32,000 nt of DNA, from positions 69,285 through 101,284 of the forward strand of contig JAQTTP010000003.1 in the NCBI GenBank assembly GCA_028710695.1, read 5' to 3'. Below, in pieces: positions 23,836-32,000 of this stretch. Made by a program: the position numbers and the translations under genes. Every line of letters begins with the position of its first letter. Within the stretch, counting starts at the first letter, position 1. Under the pieces are notes generated by a model. That model had not been told where the DNA came from and searched no databases. It saw nothing but the letters and a program-made list of their open reading frames with translations. This stretch comes from Candidatus Iainarchaeum sp. (lineage in GTDB: Archaea; Iainarchaeota; Iainarchaeia; Iainarchaeales; 0-14-0-20-30-16).

Positions 23836-24906
23836 ATGAAAACTATGGTAAAAAACTCAGTGGGCGTAGGTCCAAAGGAAAAGACAATGTCTGCTGAATC
23901 AGATACAGAAGAATTTGGAGCACCAAAGATAATGGTAATAGGTGCTGGTGGTGCTGGTTGTAACAGTATTAGCCGAATAGCTGAAATGGGTGTTAGTGGA
24001 GCTCAATTAGTTGCTATAAACACAGATAAACAACAGTTAGCTTTGTTAAGCGACGATTTAGTTAAGATACTTATAGGTAAAAGTGTTACAAGAGGATTAG
24101 GTGCTGGTGGATACCCTGAAGTTGGTGCTAAGGCAGCAGAAGTAAGTAGACCAGCTTTGGAAGAAGTATTAAGAGGAGTGGACATGTTGTTCATTACATC
24201 CGGTATGGGTGGTGGAACAGGAACAGGTGCAGCTCCAGTTGTTGCCGAAATAGCTAAACAGCAAGGTGCTATTGTTGTAGCAATTGTTACTTATCCGTTT
24301 AGAATGGAAAGAGCAAGAATAATTAAAGCTGAAGAAGGAATAAATAGATTGAAAGATGTTTGTGACACTGTAGTTGTAATTGACAACAACAGATTAGTTG
24401 AGTTAGTTCCAAACCTACCAATGCAAGAAGCTTTCAAAGTAGCTGATGAAGTAATTGCAAGAACAGTTTCAGGAATAACCGAGACTATTACACAGCCATC
24501 CTTAGTTAACTTGGACTACGCAGATGTAAGAGCAATTATGGGAAACAAAGGATTATCAGTAATTGCTGTTGGTGAAAGTAAGAGTGTAGACAAGGTAAAG
24601 GAAGTTGTTGAAGACACTTTAAAGAACGCTTTATTAGATGTTGATGTTGCTGGTGCAACTGGTGCATTAATCCACATAACAGGTGGACCAGAATTAACAT
24701 TAGGTGAAGCAAGCCAAGTTGGTGAAAAATTAACTGAGAAGATTGACCCTAAGGCAACAGTAATTTGGGGTGCAAGAGTAGACCCAACTTTCGAGAACAA
24801 GATTGAAGTAATTGCAATTTTCACTGGAGTTCACAGTCCATACATAAAGTCATCTGCTCCAAAATCACAACAAAAAGATGACGAGTTCGGATTAGATTAC
24901 CTTTAA
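23836..24906 (+). CDS. ftsZ: Cell division GTPase FtsZ
   Basis: [35 protein letters not shown] and the tubulin signature [22 protein letters not shown] 23836 with an SD is preferred over the track's GTG 23821. Confidence 0.95.
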   Translation: MKTMVKNSVGVGPKEKTMSAESDTEEFGAPKIMVIGAGGAGCNSISRIAEMGVSGAQLVAINTDKQQLALLSDDLVKILIGKSVTRGLGAGGYPEVGAKAAEVSRPALEEVLRGVDMLFITSGMGGGTGTGAAPVVAEIAKQQGAIVVAIVTYPFRMERARIIKAEEGINRLKDVCDTVVVIDNNRLVELVPNLPMQEAFKVADEVIARTVSGITETITQPSLVNLDYADVRAIMGNKGLSVIAVGESKSVDKVKEVVEDTLKNALLDVDVAGATGALIHITGGPELTLGEASQVGEKLTEKIDPKATVIWGARVDPTFENKIEVIAIFTGVHSPYIKSSAPKSQQKDDEFGLDYL

Positions 24907-24916
24907 GGTAATTTAA

Positions 24917-24957
24917 TTTTCCTTTTTTTTATTTTTATTTTTCTTTTTTATTTTTCT
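24917..24957 (+). terminator. Multi-T-run terminator after ftsZ
   Basis: ttttccttttttttatttttatttttcttttttatttttc: five consecutive T5-T8 runs. Confidence 0.65.
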
Positions 24958-24979
24958 TGCCTGAAGAGAGTGTTTTATT

Positions 24980-25195
24980 ATGATTGAAAAAATTGTTTTG
25001 CCTTTTGAAAATGTTATCCGCTACGAGTCGTTTATACTGGTGGGAGTGCTTATGACGGCCGGTACACTACTGAAGCTTTTGGGGGTTATAGATATTTCTT
25101 CCGATTGGTTTTGGCTTTTAGCAGGTGTAGGTCTGACTGTAGAAGGGGCAATTTCTATGATTAAACAAAGAAGATTTGATAGAAATTCAAAGTAA
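24980..25195 (+). CDS. Small 2-TM membrane protein (71 aa), hypothetical
   Basis: Two hydrophobic segments (FILVGVLMTAGTLLKLLGVI, WFWLLAGVGLTVEGAISMI) and a basic tail. Confidence 0.5.
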   Translation: MIEKIVLPFENVIRYESFILVGVLMTAGTLLKLLGVIDISSDWFWLLAGVGLTVEGAISMIKQRRFDRNSK

Positions 25196-25299
25196 TAGAT
25201 CGTAATGGCGTAGAATTAAATGGAAATAAGCTTTGAATAAACCAAATTGTGTTACCTGTTTTTATGCTCTGCTTTGAACTTGGGTCTTTCTGCGGGCAT

Positions 25300-25740
25300 T
25301 CAAAACCACCTGCAAATTTCCTTTTTTAAAAGGGCTTCTAATTCTATTAATTCTTTATTGTATTTGTGTAATTCTTTATAATGGTCTGAAACAAGCCGAG
25401 AATAATAAAGCAATTTGTCTGATAATGTTTTTGATATTTTTTTTACTTTGGTAGTTTCCCATATCTCGTTGTTAACCCAATCCAACTTATCCAGATCTAT
25501 CCATTTAGCTTTGTATTTTCTGATAAGTTTTCGATTTTTAATGATTAAAACTTCCCATTTGCCGTCGATTTTCTTGCCTTTTGGCATTTCTTTTATTTCT
25601 TTTAGAACCTGTTTCATGATTCTATGTCCTTTAGTTGTGTTATCAAATGATAACCATTCTTTTTTGTTTAATTTCACAGAAATAAAATAATTATTCTTGT
25701 TTTTTGAATTTGATGGGTTTGGATCTAGTTCAATAATCAT
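25300..25740 (-). CDS. Hypothetical 146-aa protein with C-terminal PIP-box-like motif, last gene of the Hef-FEN1 operon
   Basis: Its ATG lies 1 nt after the FEN1 stop. The protein is Lys-rich, the C-terminal helix looks coiled-coil-like, and it ends KKEICRWF-stop. Confidence 0.65.
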   Translation of the reverse strand: MIIELDPNPSNSKNKNNYFISVKLNKKEWLSFDNTTKGHRIMKQVLKEIKEMPKGKKIDGKWEVLIIKNRKLIRKYKAKWIDLDKLDWVNNEIWETTKVKKISKTLSDKLLYYSRLVSDHYKELHKYNKELIELEALLKKEICRWF

Positions 25741-25741
25741 A

Positions 25742-26773
25742 TCAAAACCACCTATTCAATTTAGGCTGGGCTTTTTCTTCCTTCTCTTTTTGTTTTAGCT
25801 TGTTTAGAGTGCTTTCAACCCTTTCTTTGCTGAAGCTGTACTTGTCAACAAGAAGGTTTGTAAGCTTTTCAAGATCTGGTTCTGTGTTCTGGATGTCTTT
25901 CTCTTTTACTGCCTTATAATCTGGCTTTTCAAAGATCTCATATACTTTTTTGTAATCGTAATTTGGGCTGTATTCAAGTTCCTTGTAAATGTCTTCTAAA
26001 GAGCTGTGTTTCAATACAAGCTTTAATGCGGTCTTGGGCCCAACCTTTGGCGCCTTTTCATTGAAATCGTTTCCGATAAGGATTGCTATCCAGATAAGCT
26101 TCTCTCTTGTTAGGCCTTGTTTTTCTAAACTCTCTCGTAGATTTAGGTGCTCTGGACTCACTGTCACAGAATAGCTTTTCCCGTTTGCTTTCTTCTTGCC
26201 ACTTATAGTAATATTTCTGTAGAGGTTCTTTCCGCCAAAAAGAAGGACATCAAAGTCCTGGCTTATACAGCCATCTAGAAGACCCTTCTCATTCATTACT
26301 GCCAATTGAGCTTCTCCATCATGAATTGCATCTATACAAGGTATTCCAAATGCCTCTAAGAGCTCTTTGCTCTCTGTCACAATCTCAGGAGTTATACGCA
26401 TGGCTTGTTTACCAAACTTTCTTGCGTTTTCGTAGTCTTCTGCTGCCATTGCTTCTCTGTGTTTTTCTTTTGCAATATCCCTTATCTCGTTTCTTTTTTT
26501 AATAACTGTAATTTTTTCATCTAATGGCTTGCCATCAAATACAAAAATAGGCTTAACTCCTGTGTCTAAAATGCTTGACATTCTATAAAACAAACCAACT
26601 ATGTGGCTTGTAATCTGGCCTTTCTCGTTCTGCAAAGGGTTTCCGTATTGGTCTCTGATAGAAGAAAGGAATTGGTAGATGGTGTTATAGGCATCAAAGC
26701 CAAGCTTTTTGTTTTTTAAATCGCTTAGCTTTATTTCGTTTTTAGTTAGGATGTCTCCTAAATCACAGCCCAT
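25742..26773 (-). CDS. fen: Flap endonuclease 1 (FEN1)
   Basis: MGCDLGDIL..., VFVFDGKP, HDGEAQLA, SQDFDVLLFG and the H3TH IAILIGNDFN. The C-terminal QPKLNRWF is a canonical QxxLxxWF PIP box. The start at M20 of the track ORF (26773) fits the family N-terminus. Confidence 0.93.
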   Translation of the reverse strand: MGCDLGDILTKNEIKLSDLKNKKLGFDAYNTIYQFLSSIRDQYGNPLQNEKGQITSHIVGLFYRMSSILDTGVKPIFVFDGKPLDEKITVIKKRNEIRDIAKEKHREAMAAEDYENARKFGKQAMRITPEIVTESKELLEAFGIPCIDAIHDGEAQLAVMNEKGLLDGCISQDFDVLLFGGKNLYRNITISGKKKANGKSYSVTVSPEHLNLRESLEKQGLTREKLIWIAILIGNDFNEKAPKVGPKTALKLVLKHSSLEDIYKELEYSPNYDYKKVYEIFEKPDYKAVKEKDIQNTEPDLEKLTNLLVDKYSFSKERVESTLNKLKQKEKEEKAQPKLNRWF

Positions 26774-29012
26774 CTTTCTCATACTCCTTGTTAATAATAT
26801 CATAAATCTTCTTAGCTTTCTTTTCTCCAAGTTTATCTATGTTCTGCAAAGATTCTTCGCTTGCATTAAATACTCTTTTTACACTTTTATACTTTTCTAA
26901 AAGCCTTTTGGCTAAGGTTGGGCCAACAAAAGGGAGGCCCTCTAATATGCTTCTTTGAAGAATATGATCTTCAACACCTTTTTTGACTTTTCTAAGATGC
27001 AATTCGTTCTCTTTTTTTGTTTGCTCTCTTTTTGCAACCAAGGTAATAAACTCCGCAACCTCTTTTGGAGTTTTTAAAAAGAAAATTGGAATCTTAAAAT
27101 CTGTGCTTAAGGAAAGTATGCTTCCTAAAACTGCGTTTTTGTTTATATTTCTACTTTCATAATCAAGAATTCCTTCAACAATGATTATTGGCTTTTCATA
27201 TGCTATAAGCTTTGATGCCTGGGTGAAAAGCCTGCCGTCTAGAATTGAGTTGAGGAAATCGTCTGCTTTTTTTCTTTCTATTATTGCTTCTTGACCAACT
27301 AGGTAGTCCCCAATATCTAGAGTTTCGAATTCCAGGTCTACTTCTTCTTTATTAAAGCAATTTAGAGCAGCAGCATTTCTTTCTCTGTGGTCTATTATAA
27401 CTGTTGGCTTAAGTTTTTTTTTTGAATCTATTGTAGTAAGCAAAGTAGTTTGTTTTACTTCTCTTGGCTTAACAATTCCATTTATTTTATCTGAAACAGA
27501 CTCTTTTTTTGAAAGCCGATCTATTGTAGTCTCCATCTTTTTCTCTTTCTTTAGTGAAGACCAATAGAAAATCTCATCTTTTGTGTCTTTAGTAATCAAA
27601 ATGTAAATCTTGCCATCTTTAAAACGCCCTGTCCTTCCTCTTCTTTGTATCATCCTAATTTCAGAGGGCACGGGCTCATAGAAAACTATTGTATCTACTG
27701 CCGGTAGGTCTAAACCCTCTTCAGCAACCGAAGTGGCAAGTAAAACGTTGTATTTGCCGGCCTTGAAATCATCAATAATTTCTTTTTGCTCTTTTTGATT
27801 TAGGCCTTTATCATCCTCTTTGTTTGCTTGACCAACAAACCTTTTTACACTGAGAAGAGGGTTTTTTTGCAAGATGGATTCTAAATGCTTTACAGAATCC
27901 CTATAATGGTTGAAAACAATTATTTTTTGTTTTGGATCGCTGCTTAATTCAAATAAAATTATTTCAGTAAGTTTTTGTAATTTGGGGTGGTTTATATCTG
28001 CTAAATTGAAGCCCTCGGTTAGGTAAATTGCTTTTTGGATTCTTTCGTCTTTTAACATCATTCCTGCTGATTTTGTGGTGTCATCTTTAAGCTTGTGAAA
28101 ATACTCCTTAAGGGCTTGTACTCCTTGTGTTTCAAGCATAAGTGATGCATGGTTTGTTTTCAATAATGCAGAAATATACATCATGGCTTGGTAATCTTTG
28201 CTTTCCTTTTTTTCCATTTGAGATACTTTTCTTTGTAGCATTAGAATCTCGCTTTGGGTGCATTGGCTTCTTAGAGCAAAGCCAGATCTCTGAATGTGGT
28301 GGGTAATTTCTTTTGCATAATTGTCTAATGAATTTTGAATAAGTTTGTATTGTTCTGGAAGTTCAACTTTTATCCACTGCACATTTACTGGGTTAGTGTA
28401 AGGTGCTATGTCTGCATCTGTCTTCCTTTTTAGTTCGATGTTAGTAAATTTTAGATTATCCATTATTGCCTTTATTTTGCTTTTTTCATTTCCTGGTGAT
28501 GCAGTCAGGCCAAGAGTTTTGCAAGTTGTTTTTTTTGCAATATTTACATATGCATAAGCCCCTGCTGCTTTGTGAGCTTCATCAAAAATAATCAAATCAA
28601 AAACATCTAACTCTTCTTTGCTTAGGCTTGAAAAGGTCTGAGGTGTAGCACAAATAACTTCACAATTGCTTAATTCTGTGCTTCTTTTTTTTGTAGATAT
28701 TGAGCCAGTAATAAGGCCGATTTCTGCTTTTAAAACAGAGCTTAAAAATTCATAATGCTGATTAACCAATGGTTTAGTTGGTGCTAGAAACAGAATTTTG
28801 CCTTTTTTTGCTAATAAAGTCTCTGCAATAACAAATAAAGCAATAATGGTCTTTCCTAATCCGGTTGGTAAAACAACAAGGGTGCTTTCTTCTAAAGCTT
28901 TTTCTGCTAGAGCGATTTGGTACTGCCTGTGTTTTATTGTATCTTTTTTTATGAGAGGGTGGTTGTAGTAAATGCCCTCAAGATATTTTTCTAGCATATC
29001 TATATATATCAT
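26763..29012 (-). CDS. hef: Hef helicase-nuclease (SF2 helicase + ERCC4/XPF nuclease + HhH2)
   Basis: PTGLGKT, DEAH, TASPG and QRRGRTGR. Nuclease motifs are IIDHRE...IGDYLV...IERKKADDF. The tandem HhH is LPFVGPTLAKRLL / IDKLGEKKAKKIY. The real start may be M6 (28997). The stop overlaps the FEN1 start by 11 nt. Confidence 0.93.
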   Translation of the reverse strand: MIYIDMLEKYLEGIYYNHPLIKKDTIKHRQYQIALAEKALEESTLVVLPTGLGKTIIALFVIAETLLAKKGKILFLAPTKPLVNQHYEFLSSVLKAEIGLITGSISTKKRSTELSNCEVICATPQTFSSLSKEELDVFDLIIFDEAHKAAGAYAYVNIAKKTTCKTLGLTASPGNEKSKIKAIMDNLKFTNIELKRKTDADIAPYTNPVNVQWIKVELPEQYKLIQNSLDNYAKEITHHIQRSGFALRSQCTQSEILMLQRKVSQMEKKESKDYQAMMYISALLKTNHASLMLETQGVQALKEYFHKLKDDTTKSAGMMLKDERIQKAIYLTEGFNLADINHPKLQKLTEIILFELSSDPKQKIIVFNHYRDSVKHLESILQKNPLLSVKRFVGQANKEDDKGLNQKEQKEIIDDFKAGKYNVLLATSVAEEGLDLPAVDTIVFYEPVPSEIRMIQRRGRTGRFKDGKIYILITKDTKDEIFYWSSLKKEKKMETTIDRLSKKESVSDKINGIVKPREVKQTTLLTTIDSKKKLKPTVIIDHRERNAAALNCFNKEEVDLEFETLDIGDYLVGQEAIIERKKADDFLNSILDGRLFTQASKLIAYEKPIIIVEGILDYESRNINKNAVLGSILSLSTDFKIPIFFLKTPKEVAEFITLVAKREQTKKENELHLRKVKKGVEDHILQRSILEGLPFVGPTLAKRLLEKYKSVKRVFNASEESLQNIDKLGEKKAKKIYDIINKEYEKDGL

Positions 29013-29029
29013 AAATAACTAATAAATAT
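28995..29029. promoter_or_regulatory. Compact back-to-back divergent promoter region
   Basis: Only 17 bp separate ATG 29012 (minus) from ATG 29030 (plus). tatatatat (29001-29009) is ~25 nt upstream of 29030. atatttattag on the minus strand is ~25 nt upstream of the alternative Hef start at 28997. Confidence 0.45.
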
Positions 29030-29830
29030 ATGCCACCAGAATATCTAAAATCAAGAGGTTTTTTGAGAGGTTTGGAGTTTTCTGAGCATATTGCAGAACA
29101 TAGAAATTCTTTTTTTAGAGACCGTGGCCTTTGGGGTGCTAGAAGGCTTAGAGGCTGGGTAGAAGAGCAAAGAGAAAGAGTTAACGAAGTTATTCACCTT
29201 ATGGACAAGGCCAAAGTAAGGCCCTTTTTAGATCTGCTCGCTACTGCAAAAATCAGGAACAAGGCAAAATTTTTAGAGAGATTAAAGCTTTTTATTATGG
29301 ATGATCGAACAAGAGCCCTTAATAGATCTGAAAAGGTAATAGATATTTTGGCGAGTTATGGATTTAGTGAGAATGGATTAAATGAGTGCCTTGGGGAAAT
29401 GGCGCTTGCAAATAAAGCAAGTGGCCCGGCTTTAGTAGAGTCTTATGAACAGACAATTGATATGTTAAAATATTATAAAGGCGCTTTTAAAGGAGATGAG
29501 GCAGTTTATCCTTTAAGAATGGTTAGAACAATTTTTGCTATTTCTGGAGATCCGGAAGCTCAAAGAAAAATATGTAAAAAATATTTCGATTTGATTTTTG
29601 GAAGTTCTAATCCCAAGTTTTGTTTACAAAAAGGAAAAAATCTTTTTGCAATTCTTTTGCGGCTTGTTGCAGAAAAAAGATATAGTGATATTGACGGAAT
29701 GTTTAGGAATATCAAAGATCTTAAGACTTATGTCGAGATAACAAGTAAAATTGATGACGCGACTTTACAATCTGATTTTGCAAAAATTTCAGGATATTTA
29801 TTAAATGCCCGTGAATTAACAACCTTTTAA
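29030..29830 (+). CDS. Hypothetical 266-aa, probably all-helical soluble protein
   Basis: Long ORF with no hydrophobic segments and no motif I recognise. The N-terminal third is unusually Arg-rich for this Lys-rich proteome. Confidence 0.65.
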   Translation: MPPEYLKSRGFLRGLEFSEHIAEHRNSFFRDRGLWGARRLRGWVEEQRERVNEVIHLMDKAKVRPFLDLLATAKIRNKAKFLERLKLFIMDDRTRALNRSEKVIDILASYGFSENGLNECLGEMALANKASGPALVESYEQTIDMLKYYKGAFKGDEAVYPLRMVRTIFAISGDPEAQRKICKKYFDLIFGSSNPKFCLQKGKNLFAILLRLVAEKRYSDIDGMFRNIKDLKTYVEITSKIDDATLQSDFAKISGYLLNARELTTF

Positions 29831-31011
29831 TATGGCACAATTACTTCTTTTATTTTTAGACTTATAAAGAAAAATATTCCCATCAGGATAAACATAACTA
29901 AGTATGCAAAAGAACTTGGTAAAAATAGAAGTACAATTGCGGGTAGGAACTTTCCTAGAGCAGCACCAAAATCTTTTGAAGTAGTAAAAATTGGGTAATA
30001 CTTTTCTTCGTCTAATTTTTTTACTTGTTTAAAAAAGAAAGCACCGTCTATTGGTTCAATAAATGATGCTGCAATGCTTGCGATTACTACGAGAGCAAGT
30101 TGTAAGTAAATGTTGTTCATGAAAAATAAAGCTAAGGCAATGATACTTAACAAAAAGAAACCATACTTGAAGAATTTTCTAAAACCTAGTTTTTCAGATG
30201 CTTTTCCAACAAAATATTCGAATATAATTAAGGGTATAACTAAAAATGCAATAAATATACTTACTGTGCCGTCGCTTAACCCTGCTTTTATAATGAATAA
30301 TGGAATATAAATATAGACAAAGCCCCACCAAATTTGTAAGCCCATTGAAACTAAATAAGGGAGATGTAGTTTTTTGTCTTTTATGAAATTAATGATGTTT
30401 AATAGAATATGCTTGTCTAATCCATCTCTTTCTTTTTGTGCAGGGGAAATTTTTAATATTAAAAATAATATTAGAGCAAGAGCATAGAATCCAGCTGCGG
30501 ATAAGAATACTGATCTTAGTCCAAATTCTAATAAAAAGAATCCAGCAATTAGGGGGCCAATTAACCATGCAAAATTAATTATACAAAACATAATTGACAT
30601 TTGTCTGTTTAGCTTACCATCGTCTGAATTATCTCTAAACAAAATGTCGCTGGCATTTACGCGGAGTACAGCATTTATTGTTAACACAAGATAAACCGCC
30701 AAAAAGAAATATAAATTTGTAATTATAGATAGTAAGCTAAATCCTAAGATTGAAATTGCAAGACTGATAATAATGATCTTTCTTTGATTGTATTTTTCTA
30801 GAATTGGAATTACTATGAATGATGATGACACAGCAACTATTAGAAAAATAGCAGAAACAAAACCAATAGTAGATTCTGATAATCCAAAACTAAATAGATA
30901 AATTGCCCAAATTGCCATTATTGCTGCCAAGGCAAGAGATACAAAAAATCTTACAAATGCAAGTTCAGTGCTTTTTGAGATTTGCATATTTGCATAGTTT
31001 GGCTTTTGCAT
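29827..31011 (-). CDS. MFS-type transporter (about 12 TM)
   Basis: 394 aa with roughly 12 hydrophobic segments in a 6+6 arrangement around a central hydrophilic loop (AQKERDGLDKH). Family assignment rests on topology only. Confidence 0.6.
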   Translation of the reverse strand: MQKPNYANMQISKSTELAFVRFFVSLALAAIMAIWAIYLFSFGLSESTIGFVSAIFLIVAVSSSFIVIPILEKYNQRKIIIISLAISILGFSLLSIITNLYFFLAVYLVLTINAVLRVNASDILFRDNSDDGKLNRQMSIMFCIINFAWLIGPLIAGFFLLEFGLRSVFLSAAGFYALALILFLILKISPAQKERDGLDKHILLNIINFIKDKKLHLPYLVSMGLQIWWGFVYIYIPLFIIKAGLSDGTVSIFIAFLVIPLIIFEYFVGKASEKLGFRKFFKYGFFLLSIIALALFFMNNIYLQLALVVIASIAASFIEPIDGAFFFKQVKKLDEEKYYPIFTTSKDFGAALGKFLPAIVLLFLPSSFAYLVMFILMGIFFFISLKIKEVIVPY

Positions 31012-31058
31012 GATATAAGAAGTCTGGCCTTATTTATATTTTTTTTGTAGATAATTAA

Positions 31059-31131
31059 TGATCTCACGGGGATTCGAACCCCGGCCGGGGGCTCCGCAAG
31101 CCCCTATGCTATCCAACTGCACCATGAGATC
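31059..31131 (-). tRNA. tRNA-Arg (anticodon GCG)
   Basis: Acceptor GATCTCA/TGAGATC, anticodon stem GGGGC/GCCCC, loop TT-GCG-GA, T-arm CGGGG-TTCGAAT-CCCCG, discriminator A. Confidence 0.9.
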
Positions 31132-31203
31132 ATTCTTATATATTTCTTGTAGCATAATATAATTAAGACTTTTGTACTTTTTGGATATTAAGGAGTGATA
31201 GAA

Positions 31204-31416
31204 ATGGGATATAAAATAGAACAAGATCATAAAAACTGTATTGGGTGTGGGGCTTGTGTAGCAATTTGCCCTAAATTTTGGGTTATGGAAGGCGCAAAAG
31301 CAAAGCCAAAGAAAACAGAATTTGATGATAAAGATTTGAAGTGTAACAAAGAGGCAGCAGAATCTTGTCCTGCAAATGTAATCCGTATCTTTAAAGATGG
31401 TAAGAAGATAATTTAG
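31204..31416 (+). CDS. Small single-cluster [4Fe-4S]/[3Fe-4S] ferredoxin
   Basis: CIGCGACVAICP ... C ... ESCP cysteine pattern. AGGAG (31191-31195) lies 8 nt upstream of ATG 31204, which is preferred over the track's GTG 31195. Confidence 0.8.
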   Translation: MGYKIEQDHKNCIGCGACVAICPKFWVMEGAKAKPKKTEFDDKDLKCNKEAAESCPANVIRIFKDGKKII

Positions 31417-31425
31417 TTGATCTTT

Positions 31426-32000
31426 ATGCTGGAACAAATTTTTAAAGAAATAGAGAAACTAAAAGACCCAGAGAGAGCAAAACATTCACTAAGATATTTT
31501 AAAACTGGGCCAGGGGAATATGGGGCGGGAGATAAGTTCCTGGGCCTAAATAATCCGCAAATGAGAGCCCTAGCAAAAAAATACAAGAATCTAGATATTG
31601 GCGATATTGCAACTCTTTTGAAGTCAGGATTTCATGAAGAACGACAAATTGCATTATTTATTTTGGTACATCAATTCGAGGGCGGAGATGCTGACGTAAA
31701 AACTAGGATTTATAATTTTTATTTAAAAAATACGAAATATATAAACAACTGGGATTTAGTGGATTTGTCTGCCCATAAAATTGTGGGGGCATATTTGGTT
31801 GATAAAGAAAAGTTAATTTTGTATAAACTTGTAAAGTCAAAAGATTTGTGGGAAAAAAGAATTGCGGTAATTTCTACTTTTTGGTTTATAATAAATGATT
31901 CTTTTGAAGATGCATTGAAGATTGCAGAAATCCTGCTTGAAGATAAGCACGATTTGATACACAAAGCAGTAGGCTGGATGCTGAGAGAAATAGGAAAAAA
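31426..32000 (+). CDS. DNA alkylation repair protein (AlkD/AlkC-like HEAT-repeat glycosylase family); runs off the window
   Basis: Absent from the ORF track (no stop). Hand translation: MLEQIFKEIEKLKDPERAKHSLRYFKTGPGEYGAGDKFLGLNNPQMRALAKKY...YINNWDLVDLSAHKIVG...LWEKRIAVISTFWFI...HDLIHKAVGWMLREIGK. The NNWDLVD and KAVGWMLRE blocks are typical of this family. Confidence 0.78.
   Translation, partial: MLEQIFKEIEKLKDPERAKHSLRYFKTGPGEYGAGDKFLGLNNPQMRALAKKYKNLDIGDIATLLKSGFHEERQIALFILVHQFEGGDADVKTRIYNFYLKNTKYINNWDLVDLSAHKIVGAYLVDKEKLILYKLVKSKDLWEKRIAVISTFWFIINDSFEDALKIAEILLEDKHDLIHKAVGWMLREIGK

Noticed and set aside
26774-26830. 19-codon N-terminal extension of FEN1 (MEKRKLRRFMILLTRSMRK)
   Set aside because: It lies entirely inside the Hef coding region. 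FEN1 family proteins start at MG-x-x-(L/I)G, which matches Met at 26773.
31030-31437. 135-aa minus-strand ORF
   Set aside because: It spans tRNA-Arg and runs antisense through the ferredoxin gene, which has a clear Cys motif and an SD. The ORF itself is low-complexity and hydrophobic.

Overview
Low-GC archaeal window, probably from a small-genome DPANN-like lineage. This taxonomic call is inferred from several in-sequence features. They are Hef, a FEN1 with a C-terminal PIP box, Mre11 and FtsZ, an archaeal-type SRP RNA with an Alu-like 5' domain, tRNA genes without encoded CCA, and BRE/TATA promoters 20-30 nt upstream of start codons. About half the window (824-17483) is an unusual locus. It holds two tandem, colinear, highly diverged paralogous giant genes (2412 aa and about 2458 aa). 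Each encodes a conserved ~40-aa cytoplasmic N-terminal peptide, a signal-anchor helix and long arrays of beta-sandwich (carboxypeptidase-regulatory-like) modules rich in N-x-S/T sequons, ending in a shared Cys-containing C-terminal module. Five tiny polytopic membrane proteins follow immediately. None of these seven genes matches a family I can name, and this locus is my best candidate for an undescribed cell-surface or host-interaction system. The rest of the window contains three further blocks. The first is a set of DNA-repair genes: a UDG-superfamily protein, Mre11 without Rad50, a Hef-FEN1-small PIP-box protein operon, and an AlkD-like protein. The second is a stable-RNA island at 22200-23581 with tRNA-Glu, Leu, Ser, Lys and Asn plus SRP RNA. 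That island has shared palindromic T-rich terminators, a 31-nt repeat, and a ~72-nt conserved structured module abutting the 5' ends of two different tRNAs. The third is ordinary genes: FtsZ, a secreted Cys-rich HExxH lipoprotein, a divergent RpiA-like protein, a GNAT, an MFS-like transporter, a ferredoxin and tRNA-Arg. All calls come from reading the sequence by eye; no database search was run.
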